A DNA stretch of 64,000 nucleotides from an uncultured Actinomycetota bacterium (GCA_963844295.1 CAWJNR010000002.1:875816-939815); one strand, 5' to 3'; shown: positions 1 through 12,010, counted from the first letter of the stretch. Translations and numbers: made by a program. Notes: a model not told the origin generated them from the sequence alone.

Positions 1-266
1 AGACGATGCGGCTGCAGCGGCTCTACCCGCGGTCGGTCGTCAAGCCCGCCGTCGGGACGGTGCTCGTCCCGCGGCCGACGACGGCGCGGATCGGCGGTCA
101 GCCGCTGCGGGACGAGGCGCTGCTCGACTGGGTGCGCGGCCTGCTCGACGCCGTCCTCGGCGACACGGTCGCTCCACAGGCGCAGCCGCGGCACGACAGT
201 GACCTCACACGCCGTGCGGCATCCTGTAGCCGCACCCGCACACCCTCTCGGAAGGACCGCGTCCTC
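1..266 (+). CDS. mfd: Transcription-repair coupling factor Mfd, extreme C-terminus (5' part outside window; 3' boundary unclear)
   Basis: The translation LYPRSVVKPAVGTVLVPRPTTARIGGQPLRDEALLDWVRGLLDAVLG looks like the actinobacterial Mfd C-terminal tail. Its position upstream of mazG and eno matches conserved synteny. There is no in-frame stop before the downstream lipoprotein start at 267. Confidence 0.55.
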
Positions 267-1316
267 GTGACCCCCACCCCCCGTCGGCTGGCCCTCGCGG
301 CCGGCGCCGCCCTCCTGCTGCTCACCGGGTGCGGTGACAACGGCGAGGCCCGCCCCGGCGCGGCGGCAGTGGTCGGTGGCACCAGCATCAGCACCGACGC
401 CCTGCGCAGCGCGGTCGAGCGCGGCCTGGCGGACGAGCGGGCGCAGGCGCAGTTCGGTGCGGACCGCGCGGGCTACCAGCAGCGGACGCTGACCCGTCTG
501 GTCAACGACGAGGTGATCGCTCAGGCGGCCGCCGAGAACGGCATCACCGTCACCGACGGCGAGCTCGGCGCGCTGCGGGCGCTGTACGAGGAGCAGTCCG
601 GCGGCGCGGAGGCACTGGCCGACGAGGCCGCGGCCAGTGGCATCGCACCCGAGGACGTCGACGTGGTCCTGCGCAGCGTCGCGCTGCGTCAGGAGCTGGG
701 CGAGGCCCTCACCGAGGACGCCGAGGTCTCCCAGGAGGAGCTCCGCGCCCGGTACGAGGCCGGCAGCGCGCAGTACGACGCCGTGCGCAGCCGCCACATC
801 CTGCTCGAGGACGAGGCGACGGCGCGCCAGGTGCTCGCCGACGTCACGGCCGACCGCTCGCGGTTCGCGGAGCTGGCCGCGCAGCTCTCCATCGACCCGT
901 CCAACAAGGACGCCGGTGGTGACCTCGGGCTGGCCGGCCGCGGGCAGTACGTCCCCGCGTTCGAGGACGCGGTCTTCGGTGCCGAGGAGGGCGATCTCGT
1001 CCTGGTGCAGACGGAGTTCGGCTGGCACGTCGTCGAGGTGCAGGAGCGCCGGACGACGACGTTCGCCCAGGCCGAGCCCGAGCTGCGACGGGCCGCGCTG
1101 CAGGAGCAGCGGGACCAGCTGGTCGACGAGGAGCTCGCGGAGACCGCCCGGCGGCTGGGCGTGACGGTGAACCCCCGCTTCGGCGCGTGGGACCGGGAGA
1201 CCGCGGCCGTCGTGGCGGCCGAGGGCCCTGACGACGTCGTGTCGCCCGGCCCCGAGGAAGGCACCGGTGGCGAGGCGGAGGCGCCCGCTCCGGCCGAGTC
1301 GCCCGCCGCGCAGTAG
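267..1316 (+). CDS. Lipoprotein peptidyl-prolyl cis-trans isomerase (SurA-N-like plus parvulin/PpiC domain)
   Basis: There is an in-frame GTG at 267 followed by a signal peptide and lipobox (RRLALAAGAALLLLTGCG). The parvulin core is present: RSRHILLEDEATARQVL ... GDLGLAGRGQYVPAFEDAVF ... TEFGWHVVEVQERR. Confidence 0.8.
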   Translation: MTPTPRRLALAAGAALLLLTGCGDNGEARPGAAAVVGGTSISTDALRSAVERGLADERAQAQFGADRAGYQQRTLTRLVNDEVIAQAAAENGITVTDGELGALRALYEEQSGGAEALADEAAASGIAPEDVDVVLRSVALRQELGEALTEDAEVSQEELRARYEAGSAQYDAVRSRHILLEDEATARQVLADVTADRSRFAELAAQLSIDPSNKDAGGDLGLAGRGQYVPAFEDAVFGAEEGDLVLVQTEFGWHVVEVQERRTTTFAQAEPELRRAALQEQRDQLVDEELAETARRLGVTVNPRFGAWDRETAAVVAAEGPDDVVSPGPEEGTGGEAEAPAPAESPAAQ

Positions 1317-1323
1317 GCCGCCG

Positions 1324-2297
1324 GTGACCGGGCGCCTGGTCCTCGTCGTCGTGTCGCCGAGGGTGCCCCCCGGGCTGCTGTCCTGGCCCGCCTGGGAGGC
1401 GCTGCGGTCCGGGGTCGTGCTCACCGGCGCGGACTCGCCGCAGCTGCCGTTCCTGCGCGACGCCGGGATCGAGGTGCAGGTGGTGGAGCCGTCCGCCGAG
1501 GTGCTGCACGACCGGGCAGCGGCGGGGGAGACGGTCGTCTGGCTGACGACGGGCGACGCGGACGCCGAGCTGGTCCGGGCCGTCGGCCTGCGTGCCGTGC
1601 GGTCCGGTGTCGTCCTCGAGCAGGTGCACGGGTCCTACGACCCGCCGGGGGCACGGCTGCTCGACGTCGTAGCCGTGATGGACCGGCTCCGCTCGCCCGG
1701 CGGCTGCCCGTGGGACGCCCAGCAGACCCACGCCTCGCTCATGCCCTACCTGCTCGAGGAGGCCTACGAGGCCTACCAGGCGCTGGAGGACGGCGACCTG
1801 GTCGACCTGCGCGAGGAGCTGGGCGACGTGCTGCTGCAGGTCGCGTTCCACGCCCGGCTGGCGCAGGAGGGCGAGGCGCCGTGGTCCATCGACGACGTCG
1901 CCGGCGACCTCGTCGACAAGCTGGTGCGGCGCCACCCCCATGTCTTCGCGGGGGGTGCGGCCGACGACCTCGAAGGCACCTGGGAGGCGCTCAAGGCCGC
2001 GGAGAAGGGCCGTACCTCCGTCACCGACGGCGTCCCGCTGTCGCAGCCGGCGCTCGCGCTGGCGGCCAAGCTGCAGAAGCGCGCCGGCCGCCTCGGCGCC
2101 CCGGTGCCGGCGTACGACGGGCTCGGCGGGGAGCTGTGGGAGCTCGTCCGACGCTGTCGCGCCGCCGGCCGGGACCCCGAGGTGGAGCTGCGCGGTGTGG
2201 CGCGCGCCTTCCGCGACCGGCTCGCCGAGCTGGAGCGGGTCGTGCTGTCGGAGGGGCGGGAGCCGTCGGTGCTCTCGCCGCAGGAGTGGGAGGCGCT

Positions 2298-2307
<10 letters not shown>
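1324..2307 (+). CDS. mazG: Nucleoside triphosphate pyrophosphohydrolase MazG (actinobacterial long form)
   Basis: Carries the MazG EExxE-type core (CPWDAQQTHASLMPYLLEEAYEAYQALEDGD ... LREELGDVLLQVAFHARLAQE ... KLVRRHPHVF). Its position between mfd and eno fits conserved synteny. Confidence 0.85.
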
Positions 2308-4239
<1,932 letters not shown>

Positions 4240-4245
4240 TCCTCC

Positions 4246-4803
4246 ATGAGCACGCCCCGCCGCCCGACCGCGGGCCGTCGGTCCGCGCGGCCGGGGGCGC
4301 GGCCGGCCCGCACCACCACCCGCGGCTCGACGGCGCGCACCCGCGCAGCGGCGGAGGTCCCGTCCGAGGCACCCGTCGTGGCCGGCCGCCGGGCCAGGCG
4401 GGGCGCTGACGGCCCGCGCCGCAGCCCGCTGACGCCGCGCGCCGCGGTGCTGGCCCTGCTCGTCGTGGGGCTGCTGGTGAGCGCGGCGCTCCCGCTGCGG
4501 GAGTACCTCTCGCAGCGGTCGGAGATCGCGGCCCTGGAGTCCGAGCAGGCCGACGCCCGCACGCGCGTCGCCGAGCTCGAGGCTGAGAAGGAGCGGCTGC
4601 AGGACCCGGCGCACATCGCCGCCGAGGCCCGGCGCCGCCTGCACTTCGTGCTCCCGGGCGAGACGGCGTACGTCGTCCTGGCGCCGGAGGAGACGGCCGT
4701 CGAGGCCGAGGGGGAAGGGCCGGCCGGGGCCGACGCGCCCTGGTACTCGCAGGTCTGGGGCAGCGTCCAGGAGGCCGACCGGCCCTCGCCCGACGCGCCG
4801 TGA
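4246..4803 (+). CDS. Septum formation initiator family protein (FtsB/DivIC-like)
   Basis: Arg-rich N-terminus, a single TM (AVLALLVVGLLVSAAL), then a coiled coil (EIAALESEQADARTRVAELEAEKERLQDPAHIAAEARRRLHFVLPGE). It sits in the conserved position after eno. Confidence 0.8.
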   Translation: MSTPRRPTAGRRSARPGARPARTTTRGSTARTRAAAEVPSEAPVVAGRRARRGADGPRRSPLTPRAAVLALLVVGLLVSAALPLREYLSQRSEIAALESEQADARTRVAELEAEKERLQDPAHIAAEARRRLHFVLPGETAYVVLAPEETAVEAEGEGPAGADAPWYSQVWGSVQEADRPSPDAP

Positions 4804-5327
4804 CCGCACCCGACCCGCGCGACGTCACCGCGGTCGGGCTGCAGCTCGGCCGCACCCCGCGCGCGATGACGGGGGTGGCGCACCGCTGTCCCTGCTCGCT
4901 GCCGGACGTCGTCGAGACCAAGCCGCGGCTGGACGACGGCACGCCCTTCCCGACGCTGTACTACCTGACGTGCCCGCGGCTGGCGTCGGCCATCGGCACG
5001 CTCGAGGCGGACGGGCTCATGAAGGAGCAGACCGCGCGCCTGGCCGAGGACCCCGAGCTGCGGGCGCGCTACGAGGCGGCCGCGGAGGACTACGTCTCGC
5101 GGCGTGACCGGCTCGAGGTCCTGGAGGGCGTACCGGCTCAGGGCGGCATGCCGGTGCGGGTGAAGTGCCTGCACGTGCTCGTCGCGCACAGCCTCGCCGT
5201 CGGCGAGGGCGTGAACCCGTTCGGTGACGAGGCGCTCGAGCGGCTGCCGGAGTGGTGGGCGAAGGGTCCGTGCGTGGACCCGGACGACCCTGACGCGGTG
5301 CCGGGCAAGAGGACGCGCTCGTCGTGA
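4800..5327 (+). CDS. DUF501 domain-containing protein
   Basis: GTGA start/stop overlap with the upstream gene. Contains the typical DUF501 motifs [13 protein letters not shown] ... [13 protein letters not shown], and sits in the conserved position before ppx. Confidence 0.8.
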   Translation: MTAPDPRDVTAVGLQLGRTPRAMTGVAHRCPCSLPDVVETKPRLDDGTPFPTLYYLTCPRLASAIGTLEADGLMKEQTARLAEDPELRARYEAAAEDYVSRRDRLEVLEGVPAQGGMPVRVKCLHVLVAHSLAVGEGVNPFGDEALERLPEWWAKGPCVDPDDPDAVPGKRTRSS

Positions 5328-6238
5328 GGGTCGCCGCGATCGACTGCGGGACCAACTCCGTCCGCCTGCTGGTCGCCGACGTCGACGGCGCGGTCAAGGC
5401 CGACGTCCACCGCGAGATGCGTGTCGTCCGCCTCGGCCAAGGGGTCGACCGGACGGGGGAGCTGGCGCCGGAGGCCCTCGAGCGCACGCGCGTCGCGCTG
5501 GTCGACTACGCCGCCACCTGCCGCGATCTCGCGGTCGAGAAGACCCGCATGGTCGCGACGAGCGCGACGCGAGATGCCAGCAACCGGAGCCTGTTCCAGG
5601 CGATGGTGGTCGACGTCCTCGGCGTCGAGCCGGAGGTCATCAGCGGCGACGAGGAGGCCGCGCTGTCCTTCGACGGCGCCACCCGCGGGCTCGACCCGGC
5701 AGAGGGCCCCTTCCTGGTGATGGACATCGGCGGCGGCTCCACCGAGCTGGTGCTCGGGACGACCGCGGTCGAGGCCGCGCGGTCGGTCGACGTCGGTTGC
5801 GTGCGCCTCACCGAGCGCCACCTGGCCGACGACCCGCCGACCCGCGAGCAGGTGCAGGGGGCGACGGCCGACGTCGACGACGCGCTGGTGCTGGTCCGGC
5901 AGGTCGTCCCCGTCGAGCAGGCGCGCACCGCCATCGGCCTGGCCGGGTCCGTGACCACGGTGGCGGCGCTCGCGCTGGAGCTGCCGGCGTACGACGCGAC
6001 CCGCATCCACCTGTCCCGCATACCGGCGGCCGACGTGCGCGCCGTCAGCGACCGGCTGCTCGAGCTGACCCGCGAGCAGCGCGCGGCGCTGCCGGTCATG
6101 CACCCGGGCAGGGTCGACGTCATCGGCGCGGGCGCCCTGGTGCTCGCCGTGCTCGTCGACCGGCTGGGCCTGGACGAGGTCCTCGTGAGCGAGTCCGACA
6201 TCCTCGACGGGATCGCCTGGAGCGTGCCGGCGTCGTGA
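5324..6238 (+). CDS. ppx: Exopolyphosphatase / Ppx-GppA family phosphatase
   Basis: N-terminus is [20 protein letters not shown]. Also ...[14 protein letters not shown] ... [12 protein letters not shown]. This is the ASKHA fold of the Ppx/GppA family. Confidence 0.87.
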   Translation: MRVAAIDCGTNSVRLLVADVDGAVKADVHREMRVVRLGQGVDRTGELAPEALERTRVALVDYAATCRDLAVEKTRMVATSATRDASNRSLFQAMVVDVLGVEPEVISGDEEAALSFDGATRGLDPAEGPFLVMDIGGGSTELVLGTTAVEAARSVDVGCVRLTERHLADDPPTREQVQGATADVDDALVLVRQVVPVEQARTAIGLAGSVTTVAALALELPAYDATRIHLSRIPAADVRAVSDRLLELTREQRAALPVMHPGRVDVIGAGALVLAVLVDRLGLDEVLVSESDILDGIAWSVPAS

Positions 6239-7020
6239 TCGCCCCCGGCTCCGGCCACCCGCGCGACCGCGCCACCCCCGAGACCCCGGTCGCACGCACC
6301 CCGGCGCAGGTGGCGCGGCTGGCCGCGAGCGCCGGCTCGGTGGACGAGATCGATGCGCGGTCGTCGGTCTGCCGGGCCTGCCCCCGGCTGGTCGCCTGGC
6401 GGGAGGAGGTGGCCGAGGTCAAGCGGGCCTCCTTCGCGACGGAGGAGTACTGGGGACGGCCGGTCACCGGCTGGGGGCCGTCAGACGCGCGGCTGGCCGT
6501 GGTGGGGCTGGCGCCGGCCGCCCACGGCGGGAACCGGACCGGTCGCATCTTCACCGGCGACCGCAGCGGCGACTGGCTGTTCGCCGCCCTCCACCGCGCC
6601 GGGCTCGCGACGCAGCCCACGTCGGTCTCCGCGGACGACGGGCAGTCGCTGGTGGACCTGCGGATCACGCTGCCGGTCCGGTGCGCCCCGCCGGCCAACA
6701 AGCCGACGCCGGCCGAGCGCGACGCCTGCGCGCCCTGGCTGTCGGCCGAGTGGCGGCTGCTCCAGCCCACCGTCCGGGCGGTGGTGGTGCTCGGCGGCTA
6801 CGGGTGGGCGGCGCTGTGGCCGACGCTGCGCGGGGCGGGCGAGGCGGTCCCGTCGCCGCGGCCGACGTTCGCGCACGGAGCAGAGGTCGTGCTGCCGAGC
6901 GGGCTAGCGGTGCTGGGCTGCTTCCACGTGAGCCAGCAGAACACCTTCACCGGACGGCTCACCGAGCCGATGCTCGACGCCGTCCTCGCCCGGGCGAAGG
7001 AGCTCGCCGGCGTCGGCTGA
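6235..7020 (+). CDS. Uracil-DNA glycosylase, family 5 (UdgB-like)
   Basis: GTGA overlap with the ppx stop. Motifs: [39 protein letters not shown]. Confidence 0.8.
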   Translation: MIAPGSGHPRDRATPETPVARTPAQVARLAASAGSVDEIDARSSVCRACPRLVAWREEVAEVKRASFATEEYWGRPVTGWGPSDARLAVVGLAPAAHGGNRTGRIFTGDRSGDWLFAALHRAGLATQPTSVSADDGQSLVDLRITLPVRCAPPANKPTPAERDACAPWLSAEWRLLQPTVRAVVVLGGYGWAALWPTLRGAGEAVPSPRPTFAHGAEVVLPSGLAVLGCFHVSQQNTFTGRLTEPMLDAVLARAKELAGVG

Positions 7021-7341
7021 TCGGCCGCTCTGGAGGGGCTCCGGGTGTGGGATTCGCCCTCAGGGGGCATCGAGACCGCTGAGGTTCCCGGCCACGCGTG
7101 GTGCGTCGACCCTCTGGAGTGGCGTCTGGATGGGCCGATCGGGTGAATCTCGAGGGGTTCTTGTGACTGTTGTCCCGCAATGCCGGAAAGCGTCGCTAGC
7201 CAATTCTCTTGAGCGCCCTTATGGTCCTCATCACTAGCCCGGATGGAGCATCCGGCAGGGGACCAGGTGGGGGTGACTTCCAATGCGTGGACACAGCTGG
7301 AAGTAGATCCTCACCGCCCGACGAGGGCGTTGACCCAGCCT

Positions 7342-7387
7342 CCAGGGGCTGGGACTGGGTGGTTCAGCACCTAGTCCCAGCCCCTGG
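7342..7387. terminator. Perfect 15-bp stem hairpin (CCAGGGGCTGGGACT / AGTCCCAGCCCCTGG, 16-nt loop) in a convergent spacer
   Basis: The inverted repeat was read directly from the sequence. It lies about 90 nt downstream of the stop of the minus-strand GGDEF-EAL gene, and is followed on the plus strand by ATCCATTTCC. Confidence 0.35.
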
Positions 7388-7474
7388 ATCCATTTCCGAG
7401 CCAAGGAAAGCGGCGCACCGCCCGCCCATCTGCGCGACGCGCGACCACGTCGAAGGCCGCGCGCAGCGTTCGCG

Positions 7475-9919
7475 CTAGAGCCGCGGAGCCAGCTCGCGGC
7501 GACGCAGCCAGGCGGCCACGTCCAGTGCCGCCATCGGCCGCGCGTGCAGGTAGCCCTGCACCTCGTCCACGCCGAGCGCGCGCAGGATCCCCTGCTGGTC
7601 CTCCTGCTCGACCCCCTCGGCGACGACCCGCAGTCCCAGGGTGTGCGCGATGTCGACGACAGCGCGGACGACGGCCCGGTCGGCCGGGTCGTGCGACAGG
7701 CCGTCGACGAAGCCCTTGTCGATCTTCACCTCGTCGACGGGCAGGCCCTTGAGGTAGGTGAGGGACGAGTAGCCCGTCCCGAAGTCGTCCACCGACAGCT
7801 TGACGCCGAGCTCGCGCAGCTCGCCCATGCGGGTGGCCGCCAGCTGCGGGTCGGACACCACGACGCCCTCGGTGAGCTCGAGCGTCAGCAGGTCAGGAGC
7901 GATGCCGACCGAGGTCAGGATCGCGGCCACCTCGGTGACGAAGGCGGGGTCCAGCACCGTGTCGGCGCTGACGTTGACGGCGACACCCACGCGCCCGGCC
8001 CGGCGCTGCCAGCCCTTGCAGGCCGTGAGGCTCTGCCGCAGCACGGTGGCCGTCAGCGGGCCCATGAGCCCGGAGGCCTCGGCCAGCGGGACGAACTCGT
8101 CCGGACCGATGGACCCCAGGGCCGGGTGGGTCCAGCGGGCCAGCGCTTCCACGCCGCTGACCTGGCCGCTGGAGGTCTCCACCTTGGGCTGGTACGCGAC
8201 GCCGATCGCTCCGCTGGCGAGGGCCTCGCGCAGCGCGGTGACGACGGCCAGGCGCCGCTGGCCCTGCACCTCGTAGGCCGGCTCCCAGAGCACCGGGCCG
8301 CCGTGCGCGTGCCGGGCGCTGTACATCGCTGTCTCGGCGCGCCGGATGAGCGTGGCGGCGTCGTCGCCGTGCTCCGGAGCGCGCACGACGCCGACCGACA
8401 GGCGCACGTGCGTGCCCACCGGCCCGATCTGCGCGCTCCCCTCGACCTGGGCCCGGAGCCCGAGGCCGAACATCTCGGCGTCTCCGCCTGCGGCCGAGGA
8501 CGAGATGGCGACGGCGAAGCGGCCGCCGCCGATGCGCCCGACCAGCGCGTGGCTGTTGGAGAGCAGGAGCCGTCGCGTGACCTCGACCAGCAGCTCGTCA
8601 CCCACCTGGTGCCCCAGGGTGTCGTTCACCTCGCGGAACGAGTCCACGGCCACGGCGGCGAGGACGACCCCGTCGGCGTGCGTGAGCAGCAGGTGCTCCA
8701 GGCGCCGCGTCGTCTCGGTCAGGTTCGGCAGACCGGTGAGCGAGTCAGCGGTGGCTGCCCGCTCCAGGTCGGCGTGCAGGCGGCCGCGCTCCAGGGCCGT
8801 CGAGAGCTCCGCGCCCACCGTCTCGAGGACCCGGAGGTCGCCCATCTCGAAGCCGCGGGCGTTGCCCAGGCGCTCCGTCGCCGTGAGGATGCCGACCAGG
8901 CCGCTGCTCGCCATGAGAGGGGTCGCCATGGTGTCCTCGGATCCGCCACGGCGGCGGCTGCGCAGGGCTGAGGTGCCTGTGGAGGCGACCTGCCGGCCCA
9001 GCGGGGGGGCTTCGTCCACGGTCCTGACGGGGTCCTTGCCCTCTGCCACCACCAGGTGGCACCAGCGATCCTGGTCTGGGGCAGCCAGGTCCAGTCGCTC
9101 GGCGTGCAGCAGCAGGCGCACCCGCTCGAGGATCGTCGGAGCGTCGAGGGAGTTGATGGTCAGCGGCCCCAGGTCCTTCACGAACGCGTAGAGCTGCTCG
9201 GTCGCCCGTTGCTGAGCGACGACCTTGCGGTGTGCTCGGTAGCCGAGCGCCAGCCCTCCCGCCAGGGCCAGCATGACCAGGATGGTCGTCGGCTCCTCGC
9301 GCACGGCGTTGATCGCCACGACGGCGAGGCCGGTGAAGAGCAGGCTGACGGGTGCAGTGATGGCGATCGTCCGTGCGGCGCCGCTCAGGGGCGCTGGAAC
9401 GCCGATGGCGCGCCAGATGGCCGTGAGTACCAGCGCACCGAGGATGTCGCCGGCGAGGATCCCGAGGTACAGCGCCAACCACATGGCTGGGCCGCTGTCG
9501 GCGTTCGTCACGAGCCCGACCGCGAACGCGGCTGCGCCGACCTCGAAGCTGGCCGCAGCCAGGTTGAACAGGGCCTTCTGCGGTGGCTGCCGGTCCAGCA
9601 GGGTGTAGATCAGCGCCGCGGACAGTCGCGCTGCAAGGTGGACCATCGGTGCTACGGCCTGGACTCCCAGTGCCAGCGGCAGCTGCACCAGCGTGACGCT
9701 GTTCGACTCGCGCCGGAACTCGAAGTCGAGGGAGTACCGGTGCGCCAGCAGGTACACGACGACGAGGCCGACGAACAGCAGGAGGGTCGGCAGGCCCACG
9801 TCGAAGGCGGCAGGCGCAGCCAGCGCGCACAGCGCGACACCGAGCAGGAGGTAGGCAAGGGAGATGAGGGCCGCGACGCCGGGGCGACCGTGGACCGACT
9901 CCTCCTGGCCTGTGCTCAT
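7475..9919 (-). CDS. Membrane-anchored GAF / degenerate-GGDEF / EAL protein (probable c-di-GMP phosphodiesterase)
   Basis: Starts at MSTGQEESV, residue 134 of the track ORF, in an ATGA overlap with the upstream MFS stop. The N-terminus is multi-TM. The GGDEF site is degenerate (RIGGGRFAV). EAL motifs are intact (VEALARW, DDFGTGYSS, KIDKGFV, AEGVEQ, QGY). Confidence 0.85.
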   Translation of the reverse strand: MSTGQEESVHGRPGVAALISLAYLLLGVALCALAAPAAFDVGLPTLLLFVGLVVVYLLAHRYSLDFEFRRESNSVTLVQLPLALGVQAVAPMVHLAARLSAALIYTLLDRQPPQKALFNLAAASFEVGAAAFAVGLVTNADSGPAMWLALYLGILAGDILGALVLTAIWRAIGVPAPLSGAARTIAITAPVSLLFTGLAVVAINAVREEPTTILVMLALAGGLALGYRAHRKVVAQQRATEQLYAFVKDLGPLTINSLDAPTILERVRLLLHAERLDLAAPDQDRWCHLVVAEGKDPVRTVDEAPPLGRQVASTGTSALRSRRRGGSEDTMATPLMASSGLVGILTATERLGNARGFEMGDLRVLETVGAELSTALERGRLHADLERAATADSLTGLPNLTETTRRLEHLLLTHADGVVLAAVAVDSFREVNDTLGHQVGDELLVEVTRRLLLSNSHALVGRIGGGRFAVAISSSAAGGDAEMFGLGLRAQVEGSAQIGPVGTHVRLSVGVVRAPEHGDDAATLIRRAETAMYSARHAHGGPVLWEPAYEVQGQRRLAVVTALREALASGAIGVAYQPKVETSSGQVSGVEALARWTHPALGSIGPDEFVPLAEASGLMGPLTATVLRQSLTACKGWQRRAGRVGVAVNVSADTVLDPAFVTEVAAILTSVGIAPDLLTLELTEGVVVSDPQLAATRMGELRELGVKLSVDDFGTGYSSLTYLKGLPVDEVKIDKGFVDGLSHDPADRAVVRAVVDIAHTLGLRVVAEGVEQEDQQGILRALGVDEVQGYLHARPMAALDVAAWLRRRELAPRL

Positions 9920-11142
9920 CCCGACACCGATCGGCCCAAGATCACCCTCCCTTGAGTCTTCGCGGGCAACACGGGCGCCAGAAGCAGACACAGGGCGGCA
10001 ACAACTGCTATGGGGACGCGCGAGTCGGTGACCTCGGCGAGCGCTCCGGCGCTGAGCAGCACGACGCCCTGCAGGACCATGAGCAAGGTCCCGGCGACGC
10101 CGAAGGCGCGACCGCGCAGGTGGGGTGGCACGGCTTGCACGTAGGCGGAGTTGGCCACGATCTGCAAGCAGTTCCCGCAGCCGGCCAGCACCCAGAGGAC
10201 GACGATGACCGGCAGGTTGTCGACGAAGGGCGTCGCCAGGAGGGGGACGCAGCTCATGGCGACGAGGAGCGGGAACAGAGGCTCGCGTCGGTGCGACGGC
10301 AGCCGCAGCAGCGCCCACGAGCCGATGAGGAAGCCGGCCGGCACCGCCGCAGTGAGGATCCCCGCGGCCAGCGGCCCGCCACCGCGCTCGTCGGCGATCG
10401 TCACGGCGAGCCCCTCGGCGGCGATGACCGACGCGGCGCTCAGCAGCCCCCAGCTCAGCAGCACCCGCAGCCGGCGGCTGCTCCTGACGAGACGCAGCCC
10501 AGCTGCAGCCTCCTGCAGCGCACCGCCCGGGACTCCGGTCGTCTCGAGGATCCGCTCGCGGACGAAGGCGAGGAGCAGCAGCGCGGACAGGGCGAAGGTC
10601 GCCGCGTCGAGCAGCAGCGCCACCTCGACGCCCAGCAGCGCGACGAGCGCGCCGCCGGCGATGAAGCCGCCCACCTGCCCCGCCTGCCCGACGGCGTTGC
10701 TGAGCGCGTTGGCCACGACGTACGGCTCCCCGTCGAGCACGTCCGCCAGCAGGGCGCTGCGCGCGGCCTCCGCCGGGGGTGACAGCAGTCCCACCACGAT
10801 GAGCACGGCGAAGACCACCCAGAGCGAGAGCCCGGGCACGGCCAGGGCTGCGACCAGCGCCATCCGGGCGACGTCGCAGAGCACCATGATCCGGCGACGC
10901 GGGTAGCGGTCCGGCAGCGCGGACAGCAGCGGTCCTCCGACCAGCCAGGTGAGGTAGGAGCAGGCGTACGTCGCTGAGGCGGCGAACGGCGATCCCGACC
11001 TCTCGAGCACGAGCAGCGCGACGGCGATGCGGGCGACCTGGTCGCCGAGGGTGCTCATGCCGTCGGAGACCAGCAGCGCCCGGAACTCGCGCACGGCGAG
11101 GACCTCGCGGTACGTCACGCGAGCGTCACCGGCCGGAGTCAC
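9916..11142 (-). CDS. MFS transporter
   Basis: Hydrophobic protein with roughly 12 TM segments: VREFRALLVSDGMSTLGDQVARIAVALLVL ... LPDRYPRRRIMVLCD. This looks like an Mfs1/enterobactin-exporter-like family member. Confidence 0.85.
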   Translation of the reverse strand: MTPAGDARVTYREVLAVREFRALLVSDGMSTLGDQVARIAVALLVLERSGSPFAASATYACSYLTWLVGGPLLSALPDRYPRRRIMVLCDVARMALVAALAVPGLSLWVVFAVLIVVGLLSPPAEAARSALLADVLDGEPYVVANALSNAVGQAGQVGGFIAGGALVALLGVEVALLLDAATFALSALLLLAFVRERILETTGVPGGALQEAAAGLRLVRSSRRLRVLLSWGLLSAASVIAAEGLAVTIADERGGGPLAAGILTAAVPAGFLIGSWALLRLPSHRREPLFPLLVAMSCVPLLATPFVDNLPVIVVLWVLAGCGNCLQIVANSAYVQAVPPHLRGRAFGVAGTLLMVLQGVVLLSAGALAEVTDSRVPIAVVAALCLLLAPVLPAKTQGRVILGRSVSG

Positions 11143-11386
11143 GGCTGCAGTGTGTCGGATGAGACGCCTGTCAACCAGCAGGTCCGCAAAGGAAGATGGT
11201 CTTACTTGCCCCGGCGCGTGCCCGGATGGGCGATGTCAAGACCGCCGGTGCACGCTGTGGAAGGTGGGGAAGGCGCGGGTCCGACACCGGATCGGCCTCA
11301 GCATCTTCCACGTGCCGCAGCGAGGTGAGCGCCCTAGCGGCGCCAGTGACGACGTTCTTGGGGCTGCCGTGCCGGGCGCGCGCCAC

Positions 11387-11995
11387 ATGCGCGACCTCCT
11401 GCTCAAGATCGGCCTCGTGGCGTGCGGTGGCAACTACGAGAGCGTTCGTCAGCGGCTGCTCGGGCTGGGTCTGCTGGACGACCGCTTCTGCTCTCGACCC
11501 TCTCGGCGAGCCGGGCGGGACGGCATCACCGACCAGGCGCTGCTCCTCGCCCTGGACGCCAGCTCGTCAAGAGCAGACCTCCTCCGGAGCCTCGGGCTGC
11601 CGACCGACAGTCGGTCGTACGCGTGGCTGAAGCACCGACTCGTCGCGTTGGGCGAGCCCTTCGACACCCTCAACGGACAGGGATGGGCAGCCGGCCGCGT
11701 GAGGGGGCCGAAACGGCCCCTTTCGCAGCTGCTCGTCGAGGGTCGCCTGGTGAGCTCGGTGTTCCTCAAGAAGCGGCTGGTAGCCGAAGGCGTTCTGCCC
11801 TGGCAGTGCGCGCTCTGCTCCTTGACGGAGTGGTCGGGCGAGCCCGTTCCTCTCGAGCTCGACCACGTCAGCGGTGACAGGTACGACAACCGGCTGGAGA
11901 ACCTGCGCTTGCTCTGCCCCAACTGCCATGCGCTGACGCCGACCTACCGGGGCCGCAACATCGGGAAGGGGCGGCTGCTACCTCGCCCGGACTAG
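11387..11995 (+). CDS. HNH endonuclease (start may lie upstream, e.g. GTG near 11312)
   Basis: C-terminal HNH core: CALCSLTEWSGEPVPLELDHVSGDRYDNRLENLRLLCPNCHALT. The N-terminus carries the repeated helix motif typical of these solo actinobacterial HNH proteins (GGNYESVRQRLLGLGL). Confidence 0.75.
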   Translation: MRDLLLKIGLVACGGNYESVRQRLLGLGLLDDRFCSRPSRRAGRDGITDQALLLALDASSSRADLLRSLGLPTDSRSYAWLKHRLVALGEPFDTLNGQGWAAGRVRGPKRPLSQLLVEGRLVSSVFLKKRLVAEGVLPWQCALCSLTEWSGEPVPLELDHVSGDRYDNRLENLRLLCPNCHALTPTYRGRNIGKGRLLPRPD

Positions 11996-12010
11996 GGTCG
12001 GACCGGCAGC

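Noticed and set aside
7021-7474. Known structured RNAs (tmRNA, RNase P RNA, SRP RNA, 6C sRNA) in the long convergent spacer.
   Set aside because: The hallmark sequences are not present: the tRNA-like 3' end, the GAGGAAAGTCC box, and paired C-rich hairpin loops. C-rich runs on the minus strand are not in loops. The region is kept only as an unclassified sRNA candidate.
6798-7478. Track ORFs 6798..7283 (-), 6959..7180 (-) and 7209..7478 (+) as possible small proteins in the spacer.
   Set aside because: Their composition is unlike neighbouring genes, I saw no ribosome-binding site, and they overlap the UDG gene antisense or run into the neighbouring stop. They are most likely non-coding.
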